Below are positions 20,073 through 30,173 of a DNA stretch of 64,000 nucleotides, piece by piece. The DNA is from a virus. Numbering within the stretch: the first letter of the stretch is position 1; the number at the start of each line of letters is the position of its first letter. The notes under the pieces are model-generated. The model had not been told where the DNA came from, ran no database searches, and was given only the letters and a program-made list of their open reading frames with translations. Location of the stretch: positions 64,001-128,000 of the IMG/VR virus record IMGVR_UViG_3300023208_000003; one strand, given 5' to 3'. The translations under genes and the position numbers were made by a program.

Positions 20073-20486
20073 TTATAGTTTCGCGTACTCGCTTAGTCCT
20101 GTCTCAATAAGGTCAGCTTTGCAATCAAGCAAATCACCTGATCCGTCTTGTCGATAATGTTGATTTATAATTTCAATTGCCTTTTTTAATTTTTCTGGTT
20201 TATTACAAATAATGTTTTTTATATTTTTTATTAGCAAAAACTTTAAAATTCGTTTTAGAGATGTACAATCAGTGCAACTAAAATCACCGTCAACTGAAGA
20301 TGGCGCGCCTTGTAGAGATGTCAGTGACGTACAATCAGAGCAACTAAAATCACCAGTTAAATGACAACCTGGTGTATAACCAGGATATTTTTTTGGTAAT
20401 TTGGATAAATCTGTCCATTTGGCAGGTACTTTAATATTACCTTTATAAGTTGGGATTACATTTTCAAATAATTGATTTATTTTCAT
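20073..20486 (-). CDS. 'YAKL' paralog family member with 22-aa LRR-like repeats
   Basis: MKINQLFE leader, DFSC(S/T)DCTSL repeats spaced 66 nt apart, C-terminus DLLDCKADLIETGLSEYAKL. Confidence 0.8.
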   Translation of the reverse strand: MKINQLFENVIPTYKGNIKVPAKWTDLSKLPKKYPGYTPGCHLTGDFSCSDCTSLTSLQGAPSSVDGDFSCTDCTSLKRILKFLLIKNIKNIICNKPEKLKKAIEIINQHYRQDGSGDLLDCKADLIETGLSEYAKL

Positions 20487-23400
20487 TATGTTAGTCTTCC
20501 TTGTCTTAATACATCCCGCGTCAAATCTGCTACAATCTCAATATCAGTAATCTTAGCGGCAGATTGCAAAATCTCATCCATACCACACTGTACAGTAAAA
20601 AGTGAGCCAAATGAATTAGTTGAGAATACAGGCACAAGTACAACTGAAGAAATTTCAGTTGGAAGACGCTGGTGAATTAACGCGATAAGTTCAGTAGCAT
20701 AGAAACTATTACCAAAATCCCAATTAGAAATATCAAAATAAGTGTTAATTACATTTAGAACTTCTTGTTTAATAACTTCGGTTGAAAGTTTTGCTGTTGG
20801 AGCAATAACAACTTTAAAGCGCGCGCGTAGCTGCGGTTCTGCAAGTTCACCAAATAACAATCTAATTTTTCCTGAGTGAAGGACAATCGTATCTGAAAGC
20901 ATCTTATTTTCAAGCAGATAGCCATATGACTGACGAAGCTCAAGAGGCGTTGGTGGAACTGGAGGTACAGTTGACAAGCCACGAATATATGAAATTACGT
21001 TGTTGTAGTAACCGCTAGTTAAGATAAATGCGTCGTGTATGTTTGATGCTGATGGGTCAATCATATTTGTATGAGGAGCATAATGCTGCCACATAAAATC
21101 TAAGTTTTTACGCGTCATAAAGCGTAAATAATTACCAGTTGTATCAACCATTGAACCTGGATTAAAAGTAACTGATGGCCAACCAATAGGAATAGAATCA
21201 TAATAAATTGATGAAGGTGTAATTGGCACAGTTGTGTACACAAACATATTCGCTGAAAAATTTTCAAACTGCAAAAGCTTATCAGGAATAGTGTCTCCAG
21301 ATACTGAAAGCTTTAACGCATCTGATGGCATAATTTCAAGTGCGTGAATGTTAATAACGCCATCACCATCAACAACTGGACCAACAACATCATAATTTTC
21401 ATTATGACCAAGTGGTAATCCATTAGGCTTTAAGTTTGAGCGAAGAACACGAACAGTATCGTACACGCGATCTTTTGTCTCATTATCAAGAATTTGATCG
21501 GCTTGATTAAACCAAAACTTTGTATTTTGAGATGATGCCACAAGTTTCAGTGAGCGGTAATGAATTGTAAATCCAATTAAGTCATTTGTAACTGGCGCTA
21601 ATATTCGCTCGATCCAAAAAATCCACGAAGATATTGGATCAGTAGGATCAAATCCTAAAGAATCTGGATTTGCTGGCAGCGAAGTACCATTTATAAGTTC
21701 CCAGTAACCATTAAGATTAAAAGTTGAAATATAATCTGGAAGCAATGGGCCTGCGTAGCCAGCTGGTGGACGTAAAATAAAAGCGTCACCTTGTTTAAGA
21801 TCAACATTCGTTACTAGAAAATCAATTGGTGAACTAGTGTCAACTAATGAATACTGTTTATCAACAACGCCATTAGAAAGATTGCCGCGAATAGAACTTG
21901 TAACATAAAGAGTTTTTTCATCTGCTGCAACTTCAATAGTGAAAACTTCTAACTCAGCAATAGCGCTTGTTATTGAACCAGTTAATGTTCCTGAACCTCG
22001 CATTGCTGTTTTACGATTAAAGCGTAAACCAAAGCGTTGCTGAATAGCAACGGTCTGTAAGCGAGACCCACTATCACCATTTACGTAAGGTGTTACACCA
22101 TCAATTGTTCTTGGTAAGGTATCCTGCCAAATTTTGCCATCATCACTTGAACCTGACGTACCAGCTCCGCTTGGAATTAGCGCGTAAGTAACACCATTTA
22201 TGGTTGTCAAACCTAAAGGCTCACCGTACCAATGACGATCAAGCGCACCCTGTATCATTGTTTTTTCTAGAAGAGGGATTCTATTATCTTCAATAAAAAG
22301 ACGACGTGGTGATGAGATAACGCCTATTAAATCAGGATCTGTTGCTGAAATATGAAGCAACATATTCATAATAGAAGTTGAAGAAAGCAGCGGCTCAATT
22401 ACATTATCAATTAATGAGCGCGCTGAAACACTTGTATTTTGAACTTCAGTAGTTAAATTGTAACGAAGCTGAAGATCATCACCAAACAGTTTAATATTTT
22501 CATATGTTCCTGACGCGTCATTCCAATCAATCCATTTTGGCTGGCCAGCAAATGTGCGATTGATTGTAAATAATCGAAGAATTGACTGATCTTTTAACAT
22601 AAACGTATTATGATCAGCAGCGTTGACCATTCTGTTCTGAGCGTAATATGTAGAAGGCGCTGATTGACGAACATGATCAATTGTTTCAGACGCAGCAGAG
22701 TTTTGAATAGCTGATGTAAGTGAAAATGTTAAAGAGCAAGTTTCATTTAAACCTAAATTCGAAGTGTATGAAAATGAAATAGGTTGATTTTGAATTCTAT
22801 TTGCTTGAATTACAATCGGCTTGTTAATTGATTGACGAGTCCAAATTTGGAACGTTCCAATAGGCATATCACTATAGTCACCATCCCCAAACAACAACTT
22901 TACACGATCATTTTCTAATGTTTCAACTTCAAACTTTTTACGATTTGTAGTATTATTAAAAAACAAATTTTGTTCAGCTAACGTACTTACTTGTTCCCAG
23001 CGTTCAAGAACATTTCCATTTGTGTCAACACGTGAAAGCCAAACGTCTGTTTCATTAACATTTTGAAGAGCAAGCTCAAGTGTTCTGTTTGGAATCTGAG
23101 AACTAATAGTGTAATCAGTTCTAACGAGGCCGCCCTGTTTTACGAAAAGTAAAATTCCAGTGTAATCAGAGCCATCTCCTAAACCATCACTAGAGTAAAT
23201 AAATGAAAGAGATTGCGATGGATCAGGTGTTCTTTCAAATGGTCCATTTTCATCAATGTCAACAGGAACAATTTCCATTGGAAATTGTTCAGTTCCAGTA
23301 TCAGCAATAAATGGAAAAACACCATTTACAAATGTTGATGAAATATTTGCAAAGTTATACAATTGAAGACTAACATCGCCAACTTGCACTGACTTTTGAG

Positions 23401-23899
23401 GTTGCCCAAATTTTCCAGTTAAAACGTGATTTAGCACTAAGAAAAATTGTTCCTTCCAATTTGAATTATTAGGATCATTCCACTTAATCACTGTGTTTGC
23501 GAGATTAATACCTTGCGAGTCAATAATTCTTTCTGAAGTAACAATTGATGTTATTTTTACAAGGCCACGGCCTGGAATGTTTCGTGTCACCTTGTATGAA
23601 ATTAACTTAGCAAGACGAAGAATTGATTGTTTGCGCTGAGCAGTCGTAATAAAGTTTTCATGTGACAGCATATCAACACGATACGCGAGAACTTCTGCTA
23701 CATAAGCAAACATTTCAAGGAAAGCAATAAACTCAGATGACTCAATAAAGTCATTGAAACTTTCTGAATAGTACAACTTAACGTAATCAAGCAGAGCTGC
23801 TTTAACTGTATCAAAATCGTAGGAAACAAATGAGATATTGTTAAACGCCTCGTACACACGTTCCCAAGATTCTGCACTGTAAATATTTCGAATTGCCAT
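20486..23899 (-). CDS. gp6: Baseplate wedge subunit, gp6-like
   Basis: YDFDTVKAALLDYVK...NDFIESSEF...ENFITTAQRKQSILRLAKLISY is the typical gp6 N-terminus. Confidence 0.8.
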   Translation of the reverse strand: MAIRNIYSAESWERVYEAFNNISFVSYDFDTVKAALLDYVKLYYSESFNDFIESSEFIAFLEMFAYVAEVLAYRVDMLSHENFITTAQRKQSILRLAKLISYKVTRNIPGRGLVKITSIVTSERIIDSQGINLANTVIKWNDPNNSNWKEQFFLVLNHVLTGKFGQPQKSVQVGDVSLQLYNFANISSTFVNGVFPFIADTGTEQFPMEIVPVDIDENGPFERTPDPSQSLSFIYSSDGLGDGSDYTGILLFVKQGGLVRTDYTISSQIPNRTLELALQNVNETDVWLSRVDTNGNVLERWEQVSTLAEQNLFFNNTTNRKKFEVETLENDRVKLLFGDGDYSDMPIGTFQIWTRQSINKPIVIQANRIQNQPISFSYTSNLGLNETCSLTFSLTSAIQNSAASETIDHVRQSAPSTYYAQNRMVNAADHNTFMLKDQSILRLFTINRTFAGQPKWIDWNDASGTYENIKLFGDDLQLRYNLTTEVQNTSVSARSLIDNVIEPLLSSTSIMNMLLHISATDPDLIGVISSPRRLFIEDNRIPLLEKTMIQGALDRHWYGEPLGLTTINGVTYALIPSGAGTSGSSDDGKIWQDTLPRTIDGVTPYVNGDSGSRLQTVAIQQRFGLRFNRKTAMRGSGTLTGSITSAIAELEVFTIEVAADEKTLYVTSSIRGNLSNGVVDKQYSLVDTSSPIDFLVTNVDLKQGDAFILRPPAGYAGPLLPDYISTFNLNGYWELINGTSLPANPDSLGFDPTDPISSWIFWIERILAPVTNDLIGFTIHYRSLKLVASSQNTKFWFNQADQILDNETKDRVYDTVRVLRSNLKPNGLPLGHNENYDVVGPVVDGDGVINIHALEIMPSDALKLSVSGDTIPDKLLQFENFSANMFVYTTVPITPSSIYYDSIPIGWPSVTFNPGSMVDTTGNYLRFMTRKNLDFMWQHYAPHTNMIDPSASNIHDAFILTSGYYNNVISYIRGLSTVPPVPPTPLELRQSYGYLLENKMLSDTIVLHSGKIRLLFGELAEPQLRARFKVVIAPTAKLSTEVIKQEVLNVINTYFDISNWDFGNSFYATELIALIHQRLPTEISSVVLVPVFSTNSFGSLFTVQCGMDEILQSAAKITDIEIVADLTRDVLRQGRLT

Positions 23900-23904
23900 T
23901 TATT

Positions 23905-24282
23905 TTAACCGTTTGTCGAAATTTCGATTCGTAACGTATCCGTTACCTTAAATTCAATGTAATAAAGATCTGCTAATGCAAGAATCGCGTTATTATCAGG
24001 AAGTGAAACAACTGATATTGCAACAAGTTTAACTCGTGGATCATAATTAATAACTTCACGTAAATCAGCTTCTATAGCAGCTCTAGTGCGCTCATCATTT
24101 GGTTCAAACACCATAAGCGGTATTCTAGTACCAAAATTAGGCATCATGAGACGCTCACCTTTTATTGTGTAAATGTGATTTAACAAATCACGCTTTACAG
24201 TCTCGATATTTGAGGTGCTAAAACGAAAGCCAGTATCTAACCAGGCTTGCGTTGAAAATCCTCTGTAAGTTGCAGTTGTCAT
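23905..24282 (-). CDS. gp25: Baseplate wedge subunit, gp25-like
   Basis: DLLNHIYTIKGERLMMPNFGTRIPLMVFEP...YDPRVKL (GPW/gp25 pattern). Confidence 0.85.
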   Translation of the reverse strand: MTTATYRGFSTQAWLDTGFRFSTSNIETVKRDLLNHIYTIKGERLMMPNFGTRIPLMVFEPNDERTRAAIEADLREVINYDPRVKLVAISVVSLPDNNAILALADLYYIEFKVTDTLRIEISTNG

Positions 24283-24309
24283 TTACGTCTCGTTTTTTAT
24301 TTGCTTCAA

Positions 24310-24317
24310 TATTTATC
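24310..24317 (-). promoter_or_regulatory. T4-type late promoter (GATAAATA)
   Basis: Motif match upstream of the gp25-like gene. Confidence 0.6.
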
Positions 24318-24324
24318 CAAAAAA

Positions 24325-25521
24325 CTATTCACGCCAATTTTGATTTCTTTTCAATTCTGACGTTGGACGTTGCCACGGTTCATGCTCTGGAACCAATGGA
24401 GGAGGTACTGCTTTATCAGGACATTCGGGTGAATCAGCAGCTGGACCATTTAGATCTATTGAGGAACCAGTAACAAAGACTCCACCTTCTCCAGTTAGAT
24501 GCATTTCAGCGCCAGAAGCTAAAAATCCACCATTACCTGTTAAATTCATTTTAGAACATGCTGTTGCCAAAACTGAACCACCGGAGCTCAAATTAAAGTT
24601 TCCACCTGATGTTACTCGCGTAACTCCGCCAGATATTAAATCAATAGTGCCACCAGCTTCAAGGTGGATGTTCTGTCCAGCGGTCATGTTAATATCTTTT
24701 CCTGCGTGCACAGAAATAGAAGCACCACCAAAAATGTGAATGTGCCCATCTTCATCAAGTTCAATCCAGGTGTTACCGAGGGCAGATGAAATGTAAATAC
24801 GCTCATTTGTATCGTCTAAAATGACTTGAGCGCCTGCAGTAGTTTTTAGTCGGATTCTACAGTGAGCGTTATCATCAGTCATTATTAACGAGTGGTGACC
24901 TGGAGTAACAAAGCAATACGTTTGCGGATCTTTTATTTTTTGAGGGTCAGCAGCGGAAGGTGTATAACCATCGGTTCCATCTTTAAGAGTTTGTGCTTGC
25001 GATGCTTGTAGCTCAAAACCACCTCGCGAAATACATTGAGGACTTTCTACTTGATTCTGAAATTGAGCTCGAAGATTTGTATAGGCCGGTTGAAGAGGTT
25101 CATAGATATCTGTCCATGGGCCCGGTTGCTTTTGATCATTTACATTACGACCAGCAGGAAGCGAGCGATTGCGATGCAAGTCAAAAAATGAGGCAAAATA
25201 AAAGCGGCGGGCGGGGTTGCCGTTGAGTAAAAATACAAGAACTTGAGCGCCAATTTTTGGAATTGCCCAAAAGCCATAAGATGCCCAGCCTTTATTTGGT
25301 GCTGCATCTCGTCCAGCTGGAAAATCATTTGTTACTCCAGCTAACGGTGAGGCATACTCTGCCCATGGCAAAGTATCAATACTGTAAGTTTCACCATCTA
25401 AAGCTGGACACCAAATCTTACAACGACCCATTTGTGACGGGTCGTCAGTTGCCATTACAAATCCTTCAATTATAAAAGGAAATTGAAATTTTGCATTATC
25501 TAAAATATGTTTTTTAGCCAT
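24325..25521 (-). CDS. Baseplate spike, gp5/VgrG-like, without a lysozyme domain
   Basis: OB-fold start GFVMATDDPSQMGRCKIWCP...PWA...PKIGAQVLVF, a beta-helix C-terminus and a HEPW end. Confidence 0.75.
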   Translation of the reverse strand: MAKKHILDNAKFQFPFIIEGFVMATDDPSQMGRCKIWCPALDGETYSIDTLPWAEYASPLAGVTNDFPAGRDAAPNKGWASYGFWAIPKIGAQVLVFLLNGNPARRFYFASFFDLHRNRSLPAGRNVNDQKQPGPWTDIYEPLQPAYTNLRAQFQNQVESPQCISRGGFELQASQAQTLKDGTDGYTPSAADPQKIKDPQTYCFVTPGHHSLIMTDDNAHCRIRLKTTAGAQVILDDTNERIYISSALGNTWIELDEDGHIHIFGGASISVHAGKDINMTAGQNIHLEAGGTIDLISGGVTRVTSGGNFNLSSGGSVLATACSKMNLTGNGGFLASGAEMHLTGEGGVFVTGSSIDLNGPAADSPECPDKAVPPPLVPEHEPWQRPTSELKRNQNWRE

Positions 25522-27605
25522 TATTTTTGAGGAACTTTTTTATCGTCTGGACGAGCTTCTAAGTATTGACCGTAAAGGTCAAATGATTTTAAAAAAAGAT
25601 CTTGTGTAAAATGCCCATCAGAGGTAAAATGATTTTCTACTTCAGTTACCCAGTACCAGCCATTGTAAAAAAATTGTTCTGAAAAAAGCTTTTGATCAGC
25701 AATTGAATAAAGATAATCAGCAGGTTGAAAAATGTTAATCTTTACAAAAAGAGGCTCTGAAATTGCTGAGCTGCCGCCTTTGTGCTTTCCTTTATCACTT
25801 GCTTCATCAACAGTTGAAATAGCTTTTTTCGCCATTTCATCGACCCACTTACGATGCTGAGTTTTTGAAGCTTGAACTGAGGTTTGAACAGTAGAGTCAC
25901 TGAAATTCGTAATTTTTGTATAGTCTGCCAAATTTTCACGCACTTTAGTGTGCGCTGGAACAGCAGGAAGAACTGTCATACCTAGTAACTCTGGATTTCC
26001 TCTAATCTTAACCTTAGCGTTTACCATTGAGATAGCGTGAATCATACACAGCGCGGCGTGAAACTCTTGAGAATTTCTAAATCGCTGTTCAGAACCAGGT
26101 AATCCTTTATTAACTGCGGTAGAATTATTTTGCTGTTCTTCTTTTGAACGAGAAACTGGAATCATTGGCTGTCGTTTACGCGCGTAAGCTAACGTATTTT
26201 TTGGCGCAACCTTTTGTTTATCTTCTTGCTCTATTTGACCATTTTTAAATACTGTGGTTGCAGCAAGCTCTCCAATTTTGCTATTATCTTGAAGAGCAAA
26301 CATATAATCGTTCAACTTAATATCCATGTGAATGATGTCACTGTTTTTTCCAGAAAAAATATAATCATACACGTAATAATTTGAAGGGGTTTCATTTGCC
26401 TTCGGCATATTATTTTGTGTGTCTTCTTTCTTTTTACGCGCTTCTTGAAATCGTTGAACATCTGGTAAATTGTATTCTACTACATCACAGTGTACTAAAA
26501 TCGTATCATCATCAGATGTTACACTTGATACTGTTTTAAAAATCTTTGCTGTTCCTTTTGTTTTATTTTCAAGCGACGCCATAGCGTTTACTTCAGGGGT
26601 CGCTCTTAGCAAAGAATAAATTGCATCAAAAATATTCATGTTAACAGCTGAATTAAAATATTGACCATTAAGCTGTTCAACTTTTCCAGGTTCACCGGAT
26701 TCTCCTGTAGTGGCTGGAGTACCAGCATAAAGATTTTTAAAGTTTATTTCAGGCGAATTTTCAGGTGTTGTGTCAATCTTAAATGATTCCCAACTTTTTG
26801 GAATTGTTATCATGTATTGAACCAAGCGACCGTTTTGAAGATCCTTTGACTTCTTTACGTCATCTGAGTTATAAGCCTTTAAATCAGCATTAAAATTATT
26901 AAAATAATCTAACGAAATACGATTAAGATTATTTTCAAGCGATTGGATTGCTGCTCCAAGCGTGCTGTCTTTTGAAAAAATTGTTTTATCAGTATTAAAC
27001 TTTGCAAATGTTTCTACAGCGTCAAGTGACCCAATTGAGATTGGTAAAAATTCAATCTCATGATCTGAACCACGTTCAGTAACAGTCATGTCTCCTTTAA
27101 CAAAGATCATTGGAATATCAGTTACTTCAATTAACTCAGTTGTATTTTGGTCAGTATGACCTATAAACATAGTATGAAGCAAAAACATCATTCCTGTAAC
27201 ATCAGTTTTAAGTTTTTCATCAACTAAATATTGAAGATAATTTAAAAAGCCAACGCCTGAAACATCAGTTACTTCCATTTTAAGCTTACTACTATAAACG
27301 TGAGTATCACTTGGGCCAGACCCCGCCCCAAATAAAACGTTGTATGAAACACCTTTAATTGAAAAGTCAGAAGTTCGTCTAGTATCTATAATAAGATAAA
27401 CGTCACCACCTTCTTTAGAAGGCGATATATTTGATCCAATTCTTGCATTTTCAAGTTTTTCTAAAAAACTTTTTTCTGGTTTGCCTTTTTCTTTTTCTCC
27501 TTGTCCTAAAAACTTACGAAGAGATTCTGATGAATTACTTACCAACAAAATATGGTGAAAAGCGTATGAACGATACTTATCAAGAGGATTTAAAGGTAAA
27601 CCCAT
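25521..27605 (-). CDS. Baseplate hub protein, gp27-like
   Basis: Position between the gp53- and gp5-like genes. AKVKIRGNP...YNGWYWVTEVENHFTSDGHFTQDL C-terminus. Confidence 0.6.
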   Translation of the reverse strand: MGLPLNPLDKYRSYAFHHILLVSNSSESLRKFLGQGEKEKGKPEKSFLEKLENARIGSNISPSKEGGDVYLIIDTRRTSDFSIKGVSYNVLFGAGSGPSDTHVYSSKLKMEVTDVSGVGFLNYLQYLVDEKLKTDVTGMMFLLHTMFIGHTDQNTTELIEVTDIPMIFVKGDMTVTERGSDHEIEFLPISIGSLDAVETFAKFNTDKTIFSKDSTLGAAIQSLENNLNRISLDYFNNFNADLKAYNSDDVKKSKDLQNGRLVQYMITIPKSWESFKIDTTPENSPEINFKNLYAGTPATTGESGEPGKVEQLNGQYFNSAVNMNIFDAIYSLLRATPEVNAMASLENKTKGTAKIFKTVSSVTSDDDTILVHCDVVEYNLPDVQRFQEARKKKEDTQNNMPKANETPSNYYVYDYIFSGKNSDIIHMDIKLNDYMFALQDNSKIGELAATTVFKNGQIEQEDKQKVAPKNTLAYARKRQPMIPVSRSKEEQQNNSTAVNKGLPGSEQRFRNSQEFHAALCMIHAISMVNAKVKIRGNPELLGMTVLPAVPAHTKVRENLADYTKITNFSDSTVQTSVQASKTQHRKWVDEMAKKAISTVDEASDKGKHKGGSSAISEPLFVKINIFQPADYLYSIADQKLFSEQFFYNGWYWVTEVENHFTSDGHFTQDLFLKSFDLYGQYLEARPDDKKVPQK

Positions 27606-27980
27606 TTACACCACCACTGGCTCAAGAATTGTACCTTTTTCACGGGTTGAATTAAGCCCACCAATTTTTTCAGAAGTAAACATCATAACGCGATCAATTG
27701 CTGGAATTCGTAAAACTCTTCCAGGAGTAATTTCGTTAATAGGATCAAGAATAGCATTATACTGTGCTAGGAACCACCAAAGTCGAGGATTGTTATAAAA
27801 AGCGTTCGCTATTAAATCAAGTCGGCCTTCATAAAAATTTTCAACAGTATATTCTAAATCTGAAACGTCAAGATCAAGTTCTTTCGGTTGCCAAACTTCA
27901 AGACCAATTGAGCCAAATTCAGTCACTCCACCTTGAACATAACGAGAAATTTTTGATTTTATTGAATTAGTTTCTGTCAT
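27606..27980 (-). CDS. Baseplate wedge protein, gp53-like (LysM-like fold)
   Basis: EGRLDLIANAFYNNPRLWWFLAQYNAILDPINEITPGRVLRIP. Confidence 0.75.
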   Translation of the reverse strand: MTETNSIKSKISRYVQGGVTEFGSIGLEVWQPKELDLDVSDLEYTVENFYEGRLDLIANAFYNNPRLWWFLAQYNAILDPINEITPGRVLRIPAIDRVMMFTSEKIGGLNSTREKGTILEPVVV

Positions 27981-29404
27981 GATGTTCTTCTTGAACCTGT
28001 ACGATTAATTTGAAATTGAGGGTCACTCCCAGTAGAGCGAGACCCATTACGAATGATGTCAAAAACTGGTGCATTTGGAGTATCAAGCGAGCGGCCGCCG
28101 TCACGTTGAATCGTAAATACTGGATTACTACTTTGTGAACTTATAGCTCCAGCCGCATTATCCTTAACAGCGCCTTCGGCAACCGAGGGAGAGGGTGGCC
28201 CCATTATTTCAGAAACTGGGCTTGCCACTTGTGGTGTGGTTCCAGCATCTACTGATGGAACCACAGCATCTGAGCCAGTTGCTCCAGATTGTCCTTGTAT
28301 AGCACCTTCTTGATCTGTTATAGGAGCATTTGAAAATGCTTTTGAAAGATTACCAATACGATAATCAGCTAGACTAAAATTTGAATACTCACGAGGTGAA
28401 TATGCTTCCAGTAAATCTAAACTGATGTTAATTAAGACAGGAAATGGATCGCCGGAAGTCGTAGGTATGTAATCATATTCCTGTGGCCACTCCCAGCTGT
28501 AGCTAGTTAGAACTACTGGCAATGGACCAATGTTTCTATCACCGTACGCTTCTAAGATCAAAATATCCGGTGGGGCGCCTAGTTTTGATTTTAACTGCGT
28601 GTCCTTTCCAGTGCCATAACCGTAGTACGGCATAACCCAGGAACGAATTACTTGAATTATTTCTTGATTCTTAGTTGCCTCGCCAGTTGTTCGTGAAATA
28701 AGCTTCGCCTGCATTGACCAGTCGCGAGCGCGAGTTGTACGCCATTTTTGAATTTGTCCTGGATGATGAATAATATCAACACCAGCATAATCGGCCGAAC
28801 GCTTTTCGGTTATCGTTGGAGTAACGTTAAACATTACAACTTGATTGCTAATAGTGGAAGTCAATTTAACAAAAAAATCAGAACCATATTTTGACTTTTG
28901 CGTGTCGGCAGCTGATGGCATACACATTAAGTTTGATTCCATAGCGCCAATTTGACCAGGAACACCACCCATTACGGCGCCCGAAATGTCCTTAACACTG
29001 CTTATTCCGCTGTTTAAGAGGCCTGCTGCTGCTTTGCCTGCCATCTGTGATACTTGAGCAGTCATATTTGGCATCAATTGAGTTCCAATTAATGAGGAGA
29101 ACTGTCCAAGATTTCTACCAAGCGAACCAGTAAGGGCGCCAGTAGCATTTGAAATCAACGTTCCAGCACTTGCAGTGGAATAATTGACTAAGTTGTTAGC
29201 TATTGAAGTCGCTCCAGTTGCAAGTCCTGAAATACTTGGCAATGAAAATCCAGGAGTGTCAGTTGCTGGATTTACTTGCCCAGCAGCATTCGTATTTGCG
29301 CCAGGCAAGCCGCTTGCCGGTGTAGCTTGTCCTACTGTTCGCGTTGTTTCTCCATCCTTTATATCATATTGAGTTGGTGTGCGAATTATAACAAAATCAT
29401 TCAC
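27977..29404 (-). CDS. Tail tube initiator/baseplate-tube junction protein (gp48/gp54-like) with low-complexity extensions
   Basis: Core FNVTPTITE...LGAPPDILILEAYGDRNIGPLPVVLTSYSWEWP is typical of tube-like baseplate proteins. Confidence 0.55.
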   Translation of the reverse strand: MNDFVIIRTPTQYDIKDGETTRTVGQATPASGLPGANTNAAGQVNPATDTPGFSLPSISGLATGATSIANNLVNYSTASAGTLISNATGALTGSLGRNLGQFSSLIGTQLMPNMTAQVSQMAGKAAAGLLNSGISSVKDISGAVMGGVPGQIGAMESNLMCMPSAADTQKSKYGSDFFVKLTSTISNQVVMFNVTPTITEKRSADYAGVDIIHHPGQIQKWRTTRARDWSMQAKLISRTTGEATKNQEIIQVIRSWVMPYYGYGTGKDTQLKSKLGAPPDILILEAYGDRNIGPLPVVLTSYSWEWPQEYDYIPTTSGDPFPVLINISLDLLEAYSPREYSNFSLADYRIGNLSKAFSNAPITDQEGAIQGQSGATGSDAVVPSVDAGTTPQVASPVSEIMGPPSPSVAEGAVKDNAAGAISSQSSNPVFTIQRDGGRSLDTPNAPVFDIIRNGSRSTGSDPQFQINRTGSRRTS

Positions 29405-30173
29405 TTACGTTCTCCATTAATTTCCAGAGACGATTAGCAAGAGGCGCATTTTTTGAAAGTCCAGTCAATAAAGCAAAAACTTCTTTTTCACTTTTGTGGA
29501 CGGCGCGGCGAACAAGAGTTCCACTAACTTTAGTTATATCATCCGTTGATAATCTAAAATGCTTATCTTCTTTAAGTTTTTCTGAAAGTTCATCAATGTA
29601 AGTATCAAGTACTTCATCAGGAGCATCAATAAATAAGCTATTACGTGGTGGTAATTCAATTTTAAAATGCTTAATTTTTTCACCATTAGGTTTTGTAAAT
29701 TTTGAATCTAGCAATTCCTTATAACTATCGACTCTATCAGAACCTGCAGCGACTGCAATAGGTTCATAACCTGTTGGGGTCATTCCTTCCTCATACGATG
29801 TTCCAGGTGGAAGATAGCGGCGAACTTTTACAAAAGCGTCAAACGCGCTTTTTACAACAATAAAAGAATCTTTTGGAATAACGCCGGTATGACCTGAATT
29901 TTGCATAATGTATACTCGTTCTTTTCCAGGAATTGGATTACGATCAGTATCGTGAGAGCTTTTTTCACCTTCAACAACTGCCACAAAAAGTCGGGTTATG
30001 TTTAAGTCATTGTGTTCTTTAATAAACTTTACCATTTTGCCAATTAACGTATAGTGCGCGATTGTTGGTGGCTGCATACGTCCTATCATTATTACACAAT
30101 TTTGTGAAAGTTCTGGATATTTAGTTTTGTTTTCTATTAAAACTAATTCAGCTTCATTATAATCAAAAAGCAT
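29397..30173 (-). CDS. Cytidylyltransferase-like (HIGH-motif) nucleotidyltransferase
   Basis: IGRMQPPTIAH, NP(I) motif, VAAGSDRV, VSGTLVR. AGGAG SD lies inside the 3' end of the upstream gene. Confidence 0.75.
   Translation of the reverse strand: MLFDYNEAELVLIENKTKYPELSQNCVIMIGRMQPPTIAHYTLIGKMVKFIKEHNDLNITRLFVAVVEGEKSSHDTDRNPIPGKERVYIMQNSGHTGVIPKDSFIVVKSAFDAFVKVRRYLPPGTSYEEGMTPTGYEPIAVAAGSDRVDSYKELLDSKFTKPNGEKIKHFKIELPPRNSLFIDAPDEVLDTYIDELSEKLKEDKHFRLSTDDITKVSGTLVRRAVHKSEKEVFALLTGLSKNAPLANRLWKLMENVSE

Noticed and set aside
24325-25521. Absence of a lysozyme domain in the gp5-like spike
   Set aside because: Common outside the T-even phages, so not remarkable.
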